In this document: piece by piece, positions 1 to 14,392 of the stretch
How positions within the stretch are numbered: position 1 is the first letter of the stretch
Layout of the letters: every line of letters starts with the position of its first letter
Assembly (NCBI GenBank): GCA_964506575.1
Contig: CAZDLY010000003.1
Span: 41,240-105,239 of the forward strand
Direction of reading: 5' to 3'
Length of the DNA stretch: 64,000 bases
Source: an uncultured Akkermansia sp.
Lineage (GTDB): Bacteria; Verrucomicrobiota; Kiritimatiellia; RFP12; JAAYNR01
Position numbers and translations under genes: made by a program
The notes under the pieces: generated by a model
The model's input: only the letters and a program-made list of their open reading frames with translations
What the model was told of the DNA's origin: nothing
Database searches by the model: none

Positions 1-1309
1 GATTGTTCAGGTCCACCGGCGCCAGGCTGTTGTAGCCGCCGTCGGTCAGGCTGAGGTTCTTCCACTTCACCAGCCAGTCCGGATGCTTCCGCACGAGGGG
101 GGAATTCACCGAGAGGTGACAGGCGAACCAGTACCAGAGCTCGATCTTCGCCGCGTCGGCGCTGCGTTTCACCTCGCGCAGCGGCTCCGGCCCGCCGCGG
201 AAGTCGCTCGGCTCCCAGTCCCAGGTGTCGCACTTCCCCGACAGCCCGTGCGTCTTGCCGACCAGGTCCAGGCGTTCCATCTGCTCGCGGTCGGACGACC
301 AGATCGAGTCGTGGACCAGGAGCCGCGCGAACCCGAGCTTGGCCACGATTTCGGGGATCGGCGTGTAGTCCTCGAACCGATAGAACTCCCAGAAGACGTG
401 GTAGATCGTCGGCACCGGCTTGCGCGGCTGGATGCCCGTCGCGGCGCACCACCCGGCCTGGCTGTGCCGCTGCCACTCCAGCCAGCGGTTGGCGCGCGCG
501 TGCGGCTCGGCCACGGCCCCGGGCGCGTAGAGAATCCAGCAGGGCGCCCCGGCCGCCGTCTCCCCCAGCTCGAAGAGGTGCAGATCCAGGTGCTTGCAGA
601 CATCGTCGCCCGTGGCCTTGGAGAGGGAACTGCGGACCAGCGGCGCCGGCGGGTAGTACCTGACCAACGTGCCGTCCTGCCCGCACTGCAGGTCGAAGAC
701 CGCGTGCAGGCTGCCCCGGGCCCAGAGCTGTCCCGGCATCCCCGGCACCATCGGCCCGTAACTTGTGTAGGCGGCCGGCCGCGTCAGCTCCGTCACCGGC
801 GGCGAGGTCAGGGTGCGCGCCAGCAGGTAGTTGCCCCGGTCCATGGTCCCGCCCAGCTCCCAGGTGCCCCGCTCCAGCCCCCAGTGCACCGCCGCGCCGG
901 GACAGGCAAAGTCCCACTGCATGGAGAAGCCGGCGTAGCTCGTCCCTTCCACGGTTACCTCGCGGAAGGTCAATCGCAGGACGATGCCGGCCTCGGGGGA
1001 CGGGCCGGACCAGTCGGACTCGTTGATCATCCAGTCCTTCGAACAGTCAAACCACTCCTGGAAGGGCAACTGGACGCGGCCGCGGGCGCGGAACCGGATC
1101 TCCTGTCCGTCCGCGGTTTCCGCGGCCCCCTGCCACGTCAACCGGTCGAACAGCAGCCCGCCCGGGGTCGCCCACACCGGCTGGACCGGCAGGCGCGGAT
1201 TGCGCAGCGGCACGCCGTCCACCGTCACCTCGTGCAGCCCGCAACGGCCGTCCTCCGTCTCGCGGAACACCAGCCGGCAACGGCCCTTCAGGTCAATCGT
1301 ATGGTTCAT
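1..1309 (-). CDS. Hypothetical protein, 5' part only (gene runs off the window start); possibly a glycoside hydrolase co-operonic with the GH38 gene
   Basis: Minus-strand reading frame is open from the ATG at 1309-1307 (MNHTIDLKGRCRLVFRETEDGRCGLHEV...) to position 1 without a stop. It is missing from the ORF track only because it has no stop inside the window. A GAAGGG RBS-like motif lies upstream, and the gene starts 14 nt after the GH38 stop. The +strand ORF 83..1456 is the R/P/G-rich wrong frame of this gene. Confidence 0.55.
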   Translation of the reverse strand, partial: MNHTIDLKGRCRLVFRETEDGRCGLHEVTVDGVPLRNPRLPVQPVWATPGGLLFDRLTWQGAAETADGQEIRFRARGRVQLPFQEWFDCSKDWMINESDWSGPSPEAGIVLRLTFREVTVEGTSYAGFSMQWDFACPGAAVHWGLERGTWELGGTMDRGNYLLARTLTSPPVTELTRPAAYTSYGPMVPGMPGQLWARGSLHAVFDLQCGQDGTLVRYYPPAPLVRSSLSKATGDDVCKHLDLHLFELGETAAGAPCWILYAPGAVAEPHARANRWLEWQRHSQAGWCAATGIQPRKPVPTIYHVFWEFYRFEDYTPIPEIVAKLGFARLLVHDSIWSSDREQMERLDLVGKTHGLSGKCDTWDWEPSDFRGGPEPLREVKRSADAAKIELWYWFACHLSVNSPLVRKHPDWLVKWKNLSLTDGGYNSLAPVDLNN

Positions 1310-1322
1310 GATCTGCCGCCCT

Positions 1323-4300
1323 TCACGTGCCGCGAAAGGCGGCGATCTTTAACGTTCGGATTTCGTACGGTTTCAGTTCCAGCGGGATCGCATCGCCGGA
1401 GGTCTCCACGGCTTCGTCTTCGCGCTCCAGCAGGTTGCAGCGGCGCACATTCGTGACCGGCTGCGCGAAGCGGAGCCGGGCCTTCGAGCCGGCGCCGTGA
1501 CGTTCGACGAGGCGCACGATGATCTCGTCGCTCCGTTCGGCGCGTTTGACCGCTTCCAGCGTCACGGCGGGGTTGTCCACCTGCAGGAAGCGGTGGCCGG
1601 TGCGCAGCGCGCCGTCATGGCGCGGTTCGGCGATCACATCCACGGGATCGTTGAGGCAGGCGGCCTGCTGGATCGTGCCCGCCTCGCGCCAGACGCCGGC
1701 GTGCGGGTAGAGGGCGTAGGTGAACCGGTGCTCCTCCTGGTCGGAGCGCGGATCCGGGTTCCGCGGGCCGCGCAGCAGCGTCAGGGCCATCATGCCGTCG
1801 AAGGCCTCGTGCCCGTACTTGCAGTCGTTGAGCAGGCTGAGGCCGTTGTCCGGCTGGGAGAGGTCCATCCACTGGTGGGCGGGCACCTCGAACTTGGCGG
1901 CATCGAACGAATTGTTGCGGTAGGCGCTGCGCTCGATGTTGCCGTAGGCGATGTCGTAGGTTGCCGTGCGGGTGACGAAGGGGGTGTGGAAACGGACCTT
2001 GAGCAGCTTCTGCTGCTCGTGCCAGTCCACCCAGGTCTGGAAGACCAGGCAGCGCGCGCTCGCGCCGAGCAGGATGCGCTGGCGCCAGCGCGAAGCCCCG
2101 AAGCGGCGCGTCACCTCGAGGGCGGCGCACACCGGGCCCCGCGCCACGAGCCGGACCTCGGCGTCGGGAAGCGGGAACTCGACCTGGGTGTAGGTGGGCG
2201 CGATGTCCCATGCCTCGTACTTGCCGGGCACATCCTCGTAGAGCTTCAGCACATTGCCGCGGCGTCGGGGCGCGAAGATCTCGCACCCGGTCTGCTTGTT
2301 GAGCAGGCGGGTGAGCTCGCCGTTGCCGTCGAATTCGGCGCGGAGGAACTGGTTTTCCAGGACATTCACGCCAGCGGCGAGGGGGGCGGCGGCAACCGCG
2401 CCGCGTCCCTCCCGCACGTAATAGACCGCCGCCCCGGCGGGAGGCAGGGTGGCCTCGAACACGCGACGCGGCTCGCCGGTGGTGAAATCCTCGATGAGCT
2501 GGGACGGGACTTCCACGCCCTGCGCGTCCACGACATGCCCCGGTCGGCCGGTGCCGGGCAGCATGACCAGGTCGGTCCTGGCCTGCGGCAGGGCGTTGAA
2601 CAGCACATGGGGGGCACCATTCCCCGCGGTGTTGAATTTCCCCGCCAGCGCCCGCAGGGCTTCGGCGAGCACCGCCTCGCCGGTGGCGGTCGCCTCCGCA
2701 TAAGCATCCTGCAAATCCAGGTAAACCGGCGGAATGTGGCTACCCGGCAGGGAATCATGGAACTGGTTGGTCAGGACGTGCTTCCAGCCGGCATCCAGCC
2801 TTTCCCGCGGATACTCCACCCCGGCAAAGACCGACCACATCTCAGCCTTGCGATAGAGCATCTCGCAGTAGCGGTTCAGCTTCTTCAGTCGGGCCTTGGT
2901 GGTGTGCACGCCGCGGTGCTCTTCGAGATACAGTTCATCGTTGACGACGGGCAGGCCGGCCCGGCCGGCCTTCGCCTCGATCGACGCCAGCGCCCCCTCG
3001 ATGGTGATCGGTTTGGCCGGGGTGATGCCGGGAAACGCCTGGTAGCGCTTCATGTACTCGAGCATCTCCGGGTCGGGGCCGCCGCCGCCGTCGCCCCAGC
3101 CGTAGTTGTAGAGGCTCTCGCCGATGGTCTGCTTGTCGCTGAACGCGTTCCAGTGGGCCGTCATGTGGTCGGGCTCGACCGTGCCGATGAAGTGGGTGGG
3201 CGGCACCAGCGACAGGATCCGCGAACCGTCCGGCCCCTGCCACCAGAACGTGTGCTTGGTCCACGGATTGGTGTCGTTCCAGACCACCATCTTGTGGGTC
3301 ACAAAGTACTTCAAGCCGCACCGGGCCAGGATCTGCGGCATCGTCCACGTGTTGCCGAAGACGTCGGGACACCAGCAGGTCTTCGGGGTGATGCCGAATT
3401 CCTTTTCGATGAAGAGGATGCCGTGGAGGAACTGGCGCACAAAGGATTCGCCGCTGATCAGATTGCAGTCCGGCTCCACCCACGACGCCCCGATGACTTC
3501 CCAGCGCCCCTCCCGGACCCGCTGCTTGACCTCCTCATACATCGCCGGGTAGTTCGCCTTCATTTCCTCGTACATCAGGGGCTGGCTCTGGGAAAACACG
3601 TAGTCGGGATACTGTTCCATCAGGCGCAGGGTGGAGGCATGCGTCCGCGCGAGTTTGCGGACGAATTCGGCGTGGGTCCAGAGGAAGACCACGTCGAGAT
3701 GCGAATTGCCGCACAGATGCAGGAGCCCCTCCTTCTGGAAGCGATCGCTCTGGTAGATCTCGCGCCGGAGCACGTCGCGCGCGGCCCGGGCGCTGGCCCT
3801 GACCCGCGCCGGATCCGTTTCGTTCTGGTCGATCAGCCAGATGGCCTTCTGGAATCCGGCCTCGATGAAGGCCGCCAGGCCGGGTTCGAGCCCGTTCATC
3901 ACCAGCACATTGTAGGCGGCGCGGAAATCCCAGTAGATCTCCCACATCTCCGGGTCGAGAACCGCGAAGTGCGAACACTCGAACGTCTTGATCTCGCTCT
4001 CGCCGAAATGCCAGAAGATGTAGCTCTCGGCGCTCAGCGCATAGACCTCGTCGCCGGCGGCGCAGGCCGTCAGGGGCACGGTATCGCGGAACGGATCCAG
4101 GCCGTGGTAGGGCTTCCCGTTGACGGAGAGCAGGCCGTCACCGCTGAAATAGAGCTTCAGGACCACGTTCTTCCCGGCAAAAGCGGCGGGCATGCGGGCG
4201 GTGCAGCGGAACTCGGCGCTGCGGTCCGGCCCGCCCCACGCCCCGCCGACCGCGATGGGCGCCCAGTCGGTGTGGTACCGCCGGTCCCGCTTGCGCCCGT

Positions 4301-4481
4301 AGGTGAACTCGCGGCACTCCCAGCCGCCCAGCGGCGCGGTCTCCGGGTAGATCCACGGCTTGAGCGACTTGATCTTGATCTCGGCGGTTTCCTCGAACGA
4401 GATGATCCGGCGCTGCTTGGCCTTGATCTCCTGCCGCCACCGCCCCAGAATTTCGTCGATCCCGCTGACTGGATTGCTCAT
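1323..4481 (-). CDS. Glycoside hydrolase family 38 alpha-mannosidase
   Basis: 1052 aa from the internal ATG at 4481, which has a GGAGAAACAATCG RBS. The ORF track start at 4559 adds 26 unlikely residues. Long GH38-like architecture (WTMPQILARCGLKYFVTHKMVVWND...), recognised by family similarity from memory. Confidence 0.8.
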   Translation of the reverse strand: MSNPVSGIDEILGRWRQEIKAKQRRIISFEETAEIKIKSLKPWIYPETAPLGGWECREFTYGRKRDRRYHTDWAPIAVGGAWGGPDRSAEFRCTARMPAAFAGKNVVLKLYFSGDGLLSVNGKPYHGLDPFRDTVPLTACAAGDEVYALSAESYIFWHFGESEIKTFECSHFAVLDPEMWEIYWDFRAAYNVLVMNGLEPGLAAFIEAGFQKAIWLIDQNETDPARVRASARAARDVLRREIYQSDRFQKEGLLHLCGNSHLDVVFLWTHAEFVRKLARTHASTLRLMEQYPDYVFSQSQPLMYEEMKANYPAMYEEVKQRVREGRWEVIGASWVEPDCNLISGESFVRQFLHGILFIEKEFGITPKTCWCPDVFGNTWTMPQILARCGLKYFVTHKMVVWNDTNPWTKHTFWWQGPDGSRILSLVPPTHFIGTVEPDHMTAHWNAFSDKQTIGESLYNYGWGDGGGGPDPEMLEYMKRYQAFPGITPAKPITIEGALASIEAKAGRAGLPVVNDELYLEEHRGVHTTKARLKKLNRYCEMLYRKAEMWSVFAGVEYPRERLDAGWKHVLTNQFHDSLPGSHIPPVYLDLQDAYAEATATGEAVLAEALRALAGKFNTAGNGAPHVLFNALPQARTDLVMLPGTGRPGHVVDAQGVEVPSQLIEDFTTGEPRRVFEATLPPAGAAVYYVREGRGAVAAAPLAAGVNVLENQFLRAEFDGNGELTRLLNKQTGCEIFAPRRRGNVLKLYEDVPGKYEAWDIAPTYTQVEFPLPDAEVRLVARGPVCAALEVTRRFGASRWRQRILLGASARCLVFQTWVDWHEQQKLLKVRFHTPFVTRTATYDIAYGNIERSAYRNNSFDAAKFEVPAHQWMDLSQPDNGLSLLNDCKYGHEAFDGMMALTLLRGPRNPDPRSDQEEHRFTYALYPHAGVWREAGTIQQAACLNDPVDVIAEPRHDGALRTGHRFLQVDNPAVTLEAVKRAERSDEIIVRLVERHGAGSKARLRFAQPVTNVRRCNLLEREDEAVETSGDAIPLELKPYEIRTLKIAAFRGT

Positions 4482-4580
4482 CGATTGTTTCTCCAGGCCT
4501 CGATACGTAGCGCGCCCCCGCCAGCCCCAAAACGCGCGAAGGCGGCCCAGGCCCGTCATGGCAGCCTGGGTTCACATGCG

Positions 4581-4646
4581 AGGCGCTTGCAAAACGCCAC
4601 GCAAAACCGCGCCTGACGGCCTGTTTTGCGTGGCGTCTTGCAAACT
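4581..4646. repeat. REP-like palindromic element GGCGCTTGCAAAACGCCACGCAAAAC-15 nt-GTTTTGCGTGGCGTCTTGCAAAC
   Basis: Near-perfect 23-bp inverted repeat between gyrA and the GH38 gene. It shares the GCGCTTGCAA core with the elements at 34947 and 35859-35990 and is a likely terminator/insulator hairpin. Confidence 0.55.
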
Positions 4647-4839
4647 GAAAGCCCTGCCGCCCGGCCCCCCCACGGGCACGCGCGACGTTCCCATTGACGC
4701 GCCGCGCCGTGCTCACGGCGCCTGCCGAACCCCATGCGAACGCGGTGAGGATGGCACTTTTTGCCGACCTTGTCAATCCCCCGCAAAAACGAAAACACGG
4801 CCGGCCATTCTCAGGCTGCCAGCGCCTCCATCCCGGGGC

Positions 4840-7335
<2,496 letters not shown>

Positions 7336-7343
7336 GGCGTCCC

Positions 7344-10058
<2,715 letters not shown>

Positions 10059-10065
10059 CGACGCC

Positions 10066-10308
10066 ATGAAAGAGATTACCACGCACTATGCCAAGACCCA
10101 CTTGTCTGGGATCCTCAGGGAGGTTCGGGACGGCGAAACCGTCATCATTCTCCAAGGTCGCACGCCCGTGGGAAAACTGATCGCCGCCTCCACCACCCGG
10201 CCACCGCGCGGCCCGAAGGTTGGCCGTCCGACCTCCGCGCCCGTCCAACTCGCGCCAGACGCGTTTGCGCCGCTTTCCGTGGCGGAACTGAAAGCCTGGG
10301 GACTATGA
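10066..10308 (+). CDS. Type II antitoxin, Phd/YefM family
   Basis: 80 aa (MKEITTHYAKTHLSGILREVRDGETVIILQGRTPVGKLI...) with typical Phd/YefM length and N-terminal pattern. Its stop overlaps the toxin start (ATGA). Confidence 0.8.
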   Translation: MKEITTHYAKTHLSGILREVRDGETVIILQGRTPVGKLIAASTTRPPRGPKVGRPTSAPVQLAPDAFAPLSVAELKAWGL

Positions 10309-10691
10309 GAGTACTCCTCGACACCTGCACCTTCATCTGGTTGTGCGCGGAGCCCTCCCGCCTGTCGGCCAGCGTCACGCAGATCCTCGGCCGCCGGGAC
10401 ACGCAGCCGGTTCTCAGTCATGTGTCGATCTTGGAGATCACGCTCAAATGGACCGCAGGCAAGATCATCCTGCCCACGCCGCCCCGCCAGTGGATCGGCG
10501 AACAGGCCGCCATCTGGCAGATGGCGCTGCTGCCGATCACGCCCGACGATATCTACCGCGCCAGTGAACTTCCAACGTTGCACGCCGACCCTTTTGATCG
10601 CCTCCTCGTGGCGACCGCCATCGGCCGCCGCCTCAGCCTGCTGACGCCTGACGAGTGGATGAAACGCTACCCGGTGAGTTGCCTCTGGTAA
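10305..10691 (+). CDS. vapC: Type II toxin VapC (PIN domain ribonuclease)
   Basis: 128 aa with PIN-domain hallmarks (LLDTCTFIWL near the N-terminus; HADPFDRLLVATA near the C-terminus). There is a 4-nt overlap with the upstream antitoxin. Confidence 0.85.
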   Translation: MRVLLDTCTFIWLCAEPSRLSASVTQILGRRDTQPVLSHVSILEITLKWTAGKIILPTPPRQWIGEQAAIWQMALLPITPDDIYRASELPTLHADPFDRLLVATAIGRRLSLLTPDEWMKRYPVSCLW

Positions 10692-10709
10692 CCACCGTTC
10701 AGCGGCGGA

Positions 10710-12413
10710 CTACAGGTCGCCGACGTTGACGACGATGTCGTCATTCGGGCCTTTGGCGCTGGTCGCGCCGCCCGTGGTGATGCCGAACTCATCCAGGATC
10801 GCGGCGGCCTGGGTGGTCGGCAGGTTGCGGTAATAGACCATCAGTTGCAGCGCGGCGAGGCAGGTGTCCATCACCGGGCGGTCTCCATGCAGATCATCGT
10901 TCACCCAGTGTCCGATATCCTGGGCCTGGCCGAGGTGGTTGGTGTAGACACCCTTCTCGATCATCAGCGCCTTCAGATAGTTGGGTTTCATCTTGGCGTT
11001 CCAGGTCTCCCACAGCTTGCCGCCTTCGTGAAATTTGGCCTGCGTGGCGTAATAATAATAATACTGGGTGCAGCTGCTGATGACGACGCCCGCCTTGGCG
11101 GTCCCCTCGGGTACGCGAACATCCTGGTTGTTGGCGCCCGGCTTGACGATGACCCCCCCCTTGACCAGATCTTCATCCTTGGCGGTGATCACCGGAATCC
11201 ACGGCTCCATCACGGCCAGCGTGGCGCGAACCTCGGTTCCCTTGCCCGCCCCGAGAAGCTGGAGGCAGAGCGTACCGACCGCCGATAGCCCGCTGGCGCC
11301 TGGCTTGTCATAGTTGAACCCGCCGCCGCTCATGTAGTTGCACTGGAACCCCTTGATCGCCTTCTTGAGCGCCGTTTCGAGGGCCGGTTTGTTGGTGTAG
11401 GCATTGGACAAGGAGGCGGCCTTGAGCGCCTGCGCGCACCATCCCATGTAGGAGACGTCATTGCGTCCGGTGGGCTTGGCTTTATAGTCCCAGCCGCCCG
11501 ACGGGTTCTGGCCTTTAATCAGCGCGTCGATCGCCTTCCCGGCCGCCTCCTTGACATCCGGGTTCATGGTCATGCCATAGGCCTCGCACAGCGCGTAGGC
11601 GGCCATCGGCAGCGAATATTCGTTGCCATCGCTATTGACGAAGTGACCGTCGGGCCTCTGCGTGCTGATGAGATAGTCGATGGCTTTCTTGACCGTCTCG
11701 CCGAATTCGGGGCTGCTGGCGCCGGGTTTCTCGCCATGCGCCAGGAACGAAAGGAGGGCCAGCGCCGTCATGGCGGGCTTGACCTTGTTCCATGAACCGT
11801 CGGCATTCTGGTTCTTCTTGAGCCAGCGGAGGGCGGCCATCACCGCCGCCTCGGTCTTGGGGTCGCCGCCGAACTTGGTCATCAACTTGCCTCGCATGCC
11901 TGGATCCCGCGTCGTGCCGAAGATGCCCTGCATGATCACGGGGCTTTTGATCTGCAGAACCGCATCCACTGAGGCCGGCTGCTGGGTGATGGGCGCCGCG
12001 TGGGTGGTGGTGGTCGGCGTGTCGACCGGCACCGCCACATCGGTTTCGATCCGGATGTCGGTTTCGATGGGTTCCTGTTCGATCGGAGGTTCCTTTTCCT
12101 TCTCCAACTCCTGGAGCTCCTTGGTCTCCAGAATCTCGACCTTGACCTCGTAGGTGCTGCTGCCCGTGCCGGTGGCCAGAACGGCCATGAGGACAATCGA
12201 GACGAGCGGGATCAGCACCGCGCAGGCCGGCGCGGCGAGGCGCTGCGCCTCGATGCGGGCCGACTTGAACTCGCGGCTGTCGCGGGGGCAGGCAAACCCG
12301 CTGATCATCTTCCTGATCCGGGTGAGGTAGCCGTCCTCATGGAACAGGTTGTTGATCTCCTGAAGCGCCTGATCCTCCTTGGCGAGAATCGCATCTGCGA
12401 TGGGATCGTTCAT
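10710..12413 (-). CDS. Paralog A: membrane-anchored protein (about 60-aa cytoplasmic N-term, one TM helix, acidic/Thr-rich linker) with a C-terminal prenyltransferase/squalene-cyclase-repeat-like alpha/alpha-toroid domain
   Basis: 567 aa from the ATG at 12413 (strong GGAGGTGG RBS). The ORF track start at 12581 adds 56 aa that read through a relic exbD fragment. QW-type repeats are present (KNQNADGSW, TQRPDGHF, KGQNPSGGWDY, NYMSGGGFNY). The C-terminal 1.35 kb is nucleotide-identical to paralog C. Confidence 0.8.
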   Translation of the reverse strand: MNDPIADAILAKEDQALQEINNLFHEDGYLTRIRKMISGFACPRDSREFKSARIEAQRLAAPACAVLIPLVSIVLMAVLATGTGSSTYEVKVEILETKELQELEKEKEPPIEQEPIETDIRIETDVAVPVDTPTTTTHAAPITQQPASVDAVLQIKSPVIMQGIFGTTRDPGMRGKLMTKFGGDPKTEAAVMAALRWLKKNQNADGSWNKVKPAMTALALLSFLAHGEKPGASSPEFGETVKKAIDYLISTQRPDGHFVNSDGNEYSLPMAAYALCEAYGMTMNPDVKEAAGKAIDALIKGQNPSGGWDYKAKPTGRNDVSYMGWCAQALKAASLSNAYTNKPALETALKKAIKGFQCNYMSGGGFNYDKPGASGLSAVGTLCLQLLGAGKGTEVRATLAVMEPWIPVITAKDEDLVKGGVIVKPGANNQDVRVPEGTAKAGVVISSCTQYYYYYATQAKFHEGGKLWETWNAKMKPNYLKALMIEKGVYTNHLGQAQDIGHWVNDDLHGDRPVMDTCLAALQLMVYYRNLPTTQAAAILDEFGITTGGATSAKGPNDDIVVNVGDL

Positions 12414-12451
12414 AGCCACCTCCTCTGGACCCGGTCGGGGGGCGTCCACGT

Positions 12452-12527
12452 TCACGTGCCGAAGATCGCCAGATTCATCGTGTCCAGTGTATGACAAATA
12501 TCCAACGTTTGCACTAAATATTTGTGT
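12452..12527 (-). pseudogene. Relic 3' end of an exbD gene carried along with the duplication that created paralog A
   Basis: The minus strand encodes ..KYLVQTLDICHTLDTMNLAIFGT-stop, versus the genuine ExbD C-terminus KYLVQTLDICHKLQLTNLAIFSM-stop at 16137-16210. It sits at the same spacing (about 40 nt) from the downstream gene start, and no upstream ExbD body is present. Confidence 0.55.
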
Positions 12528-12737
12528 TCTCTCACCCGCGGGGGCGCATCCCCGTTTCACTGACTTGCGCATGAAAAGCAAGGTAGGGCGGGGCCGCCGG
12601 ACCCGCCGCTGGCTTGCGGCGCTGCGACGAGCACGCTCGCCGCAGAAGACGGCGGGTCCGGCGGCCCCGCCCTATCTTCGCCGCTGTGATCCATTGGTCG
12701 CAAGGTCAGTGAAACGGGGATGCGCCCCACCCGCGGC
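12528..12737. repeat. Nested palindrome at the duplication junction (30-bp arms CCGCGGGGGCGCATCCCCGTTTCACTGAC/reverse complement, with an inner GGCCGCCGGACCCGCCG/CGGCGGGTCCGGCGGCC pair)
   Basis: Outer arms at about 12531-12560 and 12700-12733, inner arms at about 12592-12608 and 12650-12666. It lies between the paralog B stop and the exbD relic and is a likely strong hairpin/terminator. Confidence 0.5.
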
Positions 12738-14369
12738 CTAGAGGTTTTCAATGTTGACCGGGATGTCGTCGTTCCGGGTCGCCGCGGCGGGACCGGCCTC
12801 GGCGGCGTCCGGCTTCACCGCGAGTGCGCGGGTGGTCGGCAGATTGCGGTAAGGGACCATGAGCTGGATCGCGGCGAGGCAGGTGTCCATCACCGGGCGG
12901 TCGGTGTTGGCGTCGGTGTTCACCCACCAGCCGATCTCCTGGGGCCGGCCCTGCGGGTCGGTGTAGGCGCCCTTCTCGATCTTCTGGGCCCGGACATAGA
13001 GCCGCCACAGCTTGTCCCACCACGAGGTCCATCGCTTGCCGCGGATGCCGGTGTGGCACTTCGCCTGGGTGGCGTAGTAGTAATAGTACTGGATGTTGCC
13101 GCCAAGCCCCTGGACGTCGCCCGTCAGGAAGGCGGGCGTCCACGCGTCCATCAGGGCGAGCGTCGCGCGCGTCTCGGATTCGCCGCCCGCGCCCAGAAGC
13201 TGCAGGCAGAGCACCCCTGCGGCTGAGAGGCCGCCGGCGCCGGGCTTGTCATAGCCGAACCCCCCGCCGGACTGGTAGTTCTGGCGGAACCCACGCACCG
13301 CCTTCTTCATGGCGGCGGCGAGGGCCGGCTTGTCGCGGTAGGCGTTGGCCAGATGCGCGGCCTTGAGCGCCTGGGCGCACCAGCTCATGACCGAGGTGTC
13401 GTTGCGTTCCGACCCCTTCATGTTGTAATCCCAGCCGCCCGAGGAGTTCTGCCCCGTGACCAGCACGTGGATCGCCCGGTCGGCGGCATCCTTGATGTCG
13501 GGGTTCTGAATCATGCAGTATGCCTCGCTCAGCGCATAGGCAGCGATCGGCAGCGAGTACTCATGGGCGTCGCTGTATTTGAAGCGGCCGTCGGCCTCCT
13601 GCGCGCTCATCAGGAATTGAATCCCTCGCTGAACCGTCTCGCCGAATTCGGGGCTGGTTGCGGGCGTCTCGCTGTGCGACAGGAAGGTGAGCACGGCCAG
13701 ACCCGTCATGGCCACCTTGTTCTGCGGCCAGGAGCCGTCGGCCTGCTGGTTCTTCTTGAGCCAGCGTAGGGCGCGCATCACCGCCCGTTCGGATTCCGTG
13801 ACGTCGATCGGCCCGTTGGTTGTGGATGGCGGAGGATCGTGGATCCAAGGTTTGTTGGTCGGAATATACACCCATATGTTGGTCTTGGGTCCCGGATTTT
13901 TGGGAGGCGGCGGCGGGGGATCGCCATGCGACGGCCCTTCCGGCGGCGGGATCGGTATCGGCGGCTCATCAGAAGGCCCGATGATCGGGCCGACATCCTT
14001 CGGCGTCGGCTGGAGGGGCTGGGGCGGCGTCGGCACAGGATCCAGAATGGGCTGTTCGGGAGGCGTGGGCTCCAGCGTGACCGTCAGCCCCGTGGGTTGA
14101 GGCGCGATCACATCGGCGGCCAGCAGGACGATCAGGACGATGGCGATCAGCGGAATGAGGACCGCGCAGAGGGGCGCGGCGAGGCGTTGCGCCTCGAGGC
14201 GCGCCTCCTTGAACTCCCGCGAGTCCCGCGGGCAGCCAAACCCCCGGATCATCTTCCTGATCCGGGTGTAATAGCCATCCTCGCGGAAGCGCTCGTCGAT
14301 CTCGGCGAGCGCCTGATCCTCCCTGGCGCGGATCGCGTCGGGGTCGTTGTCGCCCGCAGGGTCAGGCAT
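12738..14369 (-). CDS. Paralog B: membrane-anchored protein with a Pro-rich periplasmic linker and a prenyltransferase/squalene-cyclase-repeat-like toroid domain
   Basis: 543 aa, ATG at 14369 with a GGAGGA RBS. Same N-terminal module (REDGYYTRIRKMIRGFGCPRDSREFKEARLEAQRLAAP + TM), then a PTPPEQPILDPVPTPPQPLQPTPK...PPPPPPKNPGPK linker, then a divergent copy of the QW-repeat domain. Only 23 nt separate it from paralog C. Confidence 0.8.
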   Translation of the reverse strand: MPDPAGDNDPDAIRAREDQALAEIDERFREDGYYTRIRKMIRGFGCPRDSREFKEARLEAQRLAAPLCAVLIPLIAIVLIVLLAADVIAPQPTGLTVTLEPTPPEQPILDPVPTPPQPLQPTPKDVGPIIGPSDEPPIPIPPPEGPSHGDPPPPPPKNPGPKTNIWVYIPTNKPWIHDPPPSTTNGPIDVTESERAVMRALRWLKKNQQADGSWPQNKVAMTGLAVLTFLSHSETPATSPEFGETVQRGIQFLMSAQEADGRFKYSDAHEYSLPIAAYALSEAYCMIQNPDIKDAADRAIHVLVTGQNSSGGWDYNMKGSERNDTSVMSWCAQALKAAHLANAYRDKPALAAAMKKAVRGFRQNYQSGGGFGYDKPGAGGLSAAGVLCLQLLGAGGESETRATLALMDAWTPAFLTGDVQGLGGNIQYYYYYATQAKCHTGIRGKRWTSWWDKLWRLYVRAQKIEKGAYTDPQGRPQEIGWWVNTDANTDRPVMDTCLAAIQLMVPYRNLPTTRALAVKPDAAEAGPAAATRNDDIPVNIENL

Positions 14370-14392
14370 CGCGTCCTCCGTTCAGCCGGGGA

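Noticed and set aside
83-1456. 457-aa plus-strand ORF at the window start
   Set aside because: R/P/G/L-rich translation. It is the wrong frame of the real minus-strand gene that runs from 1309 to beyond position 1.
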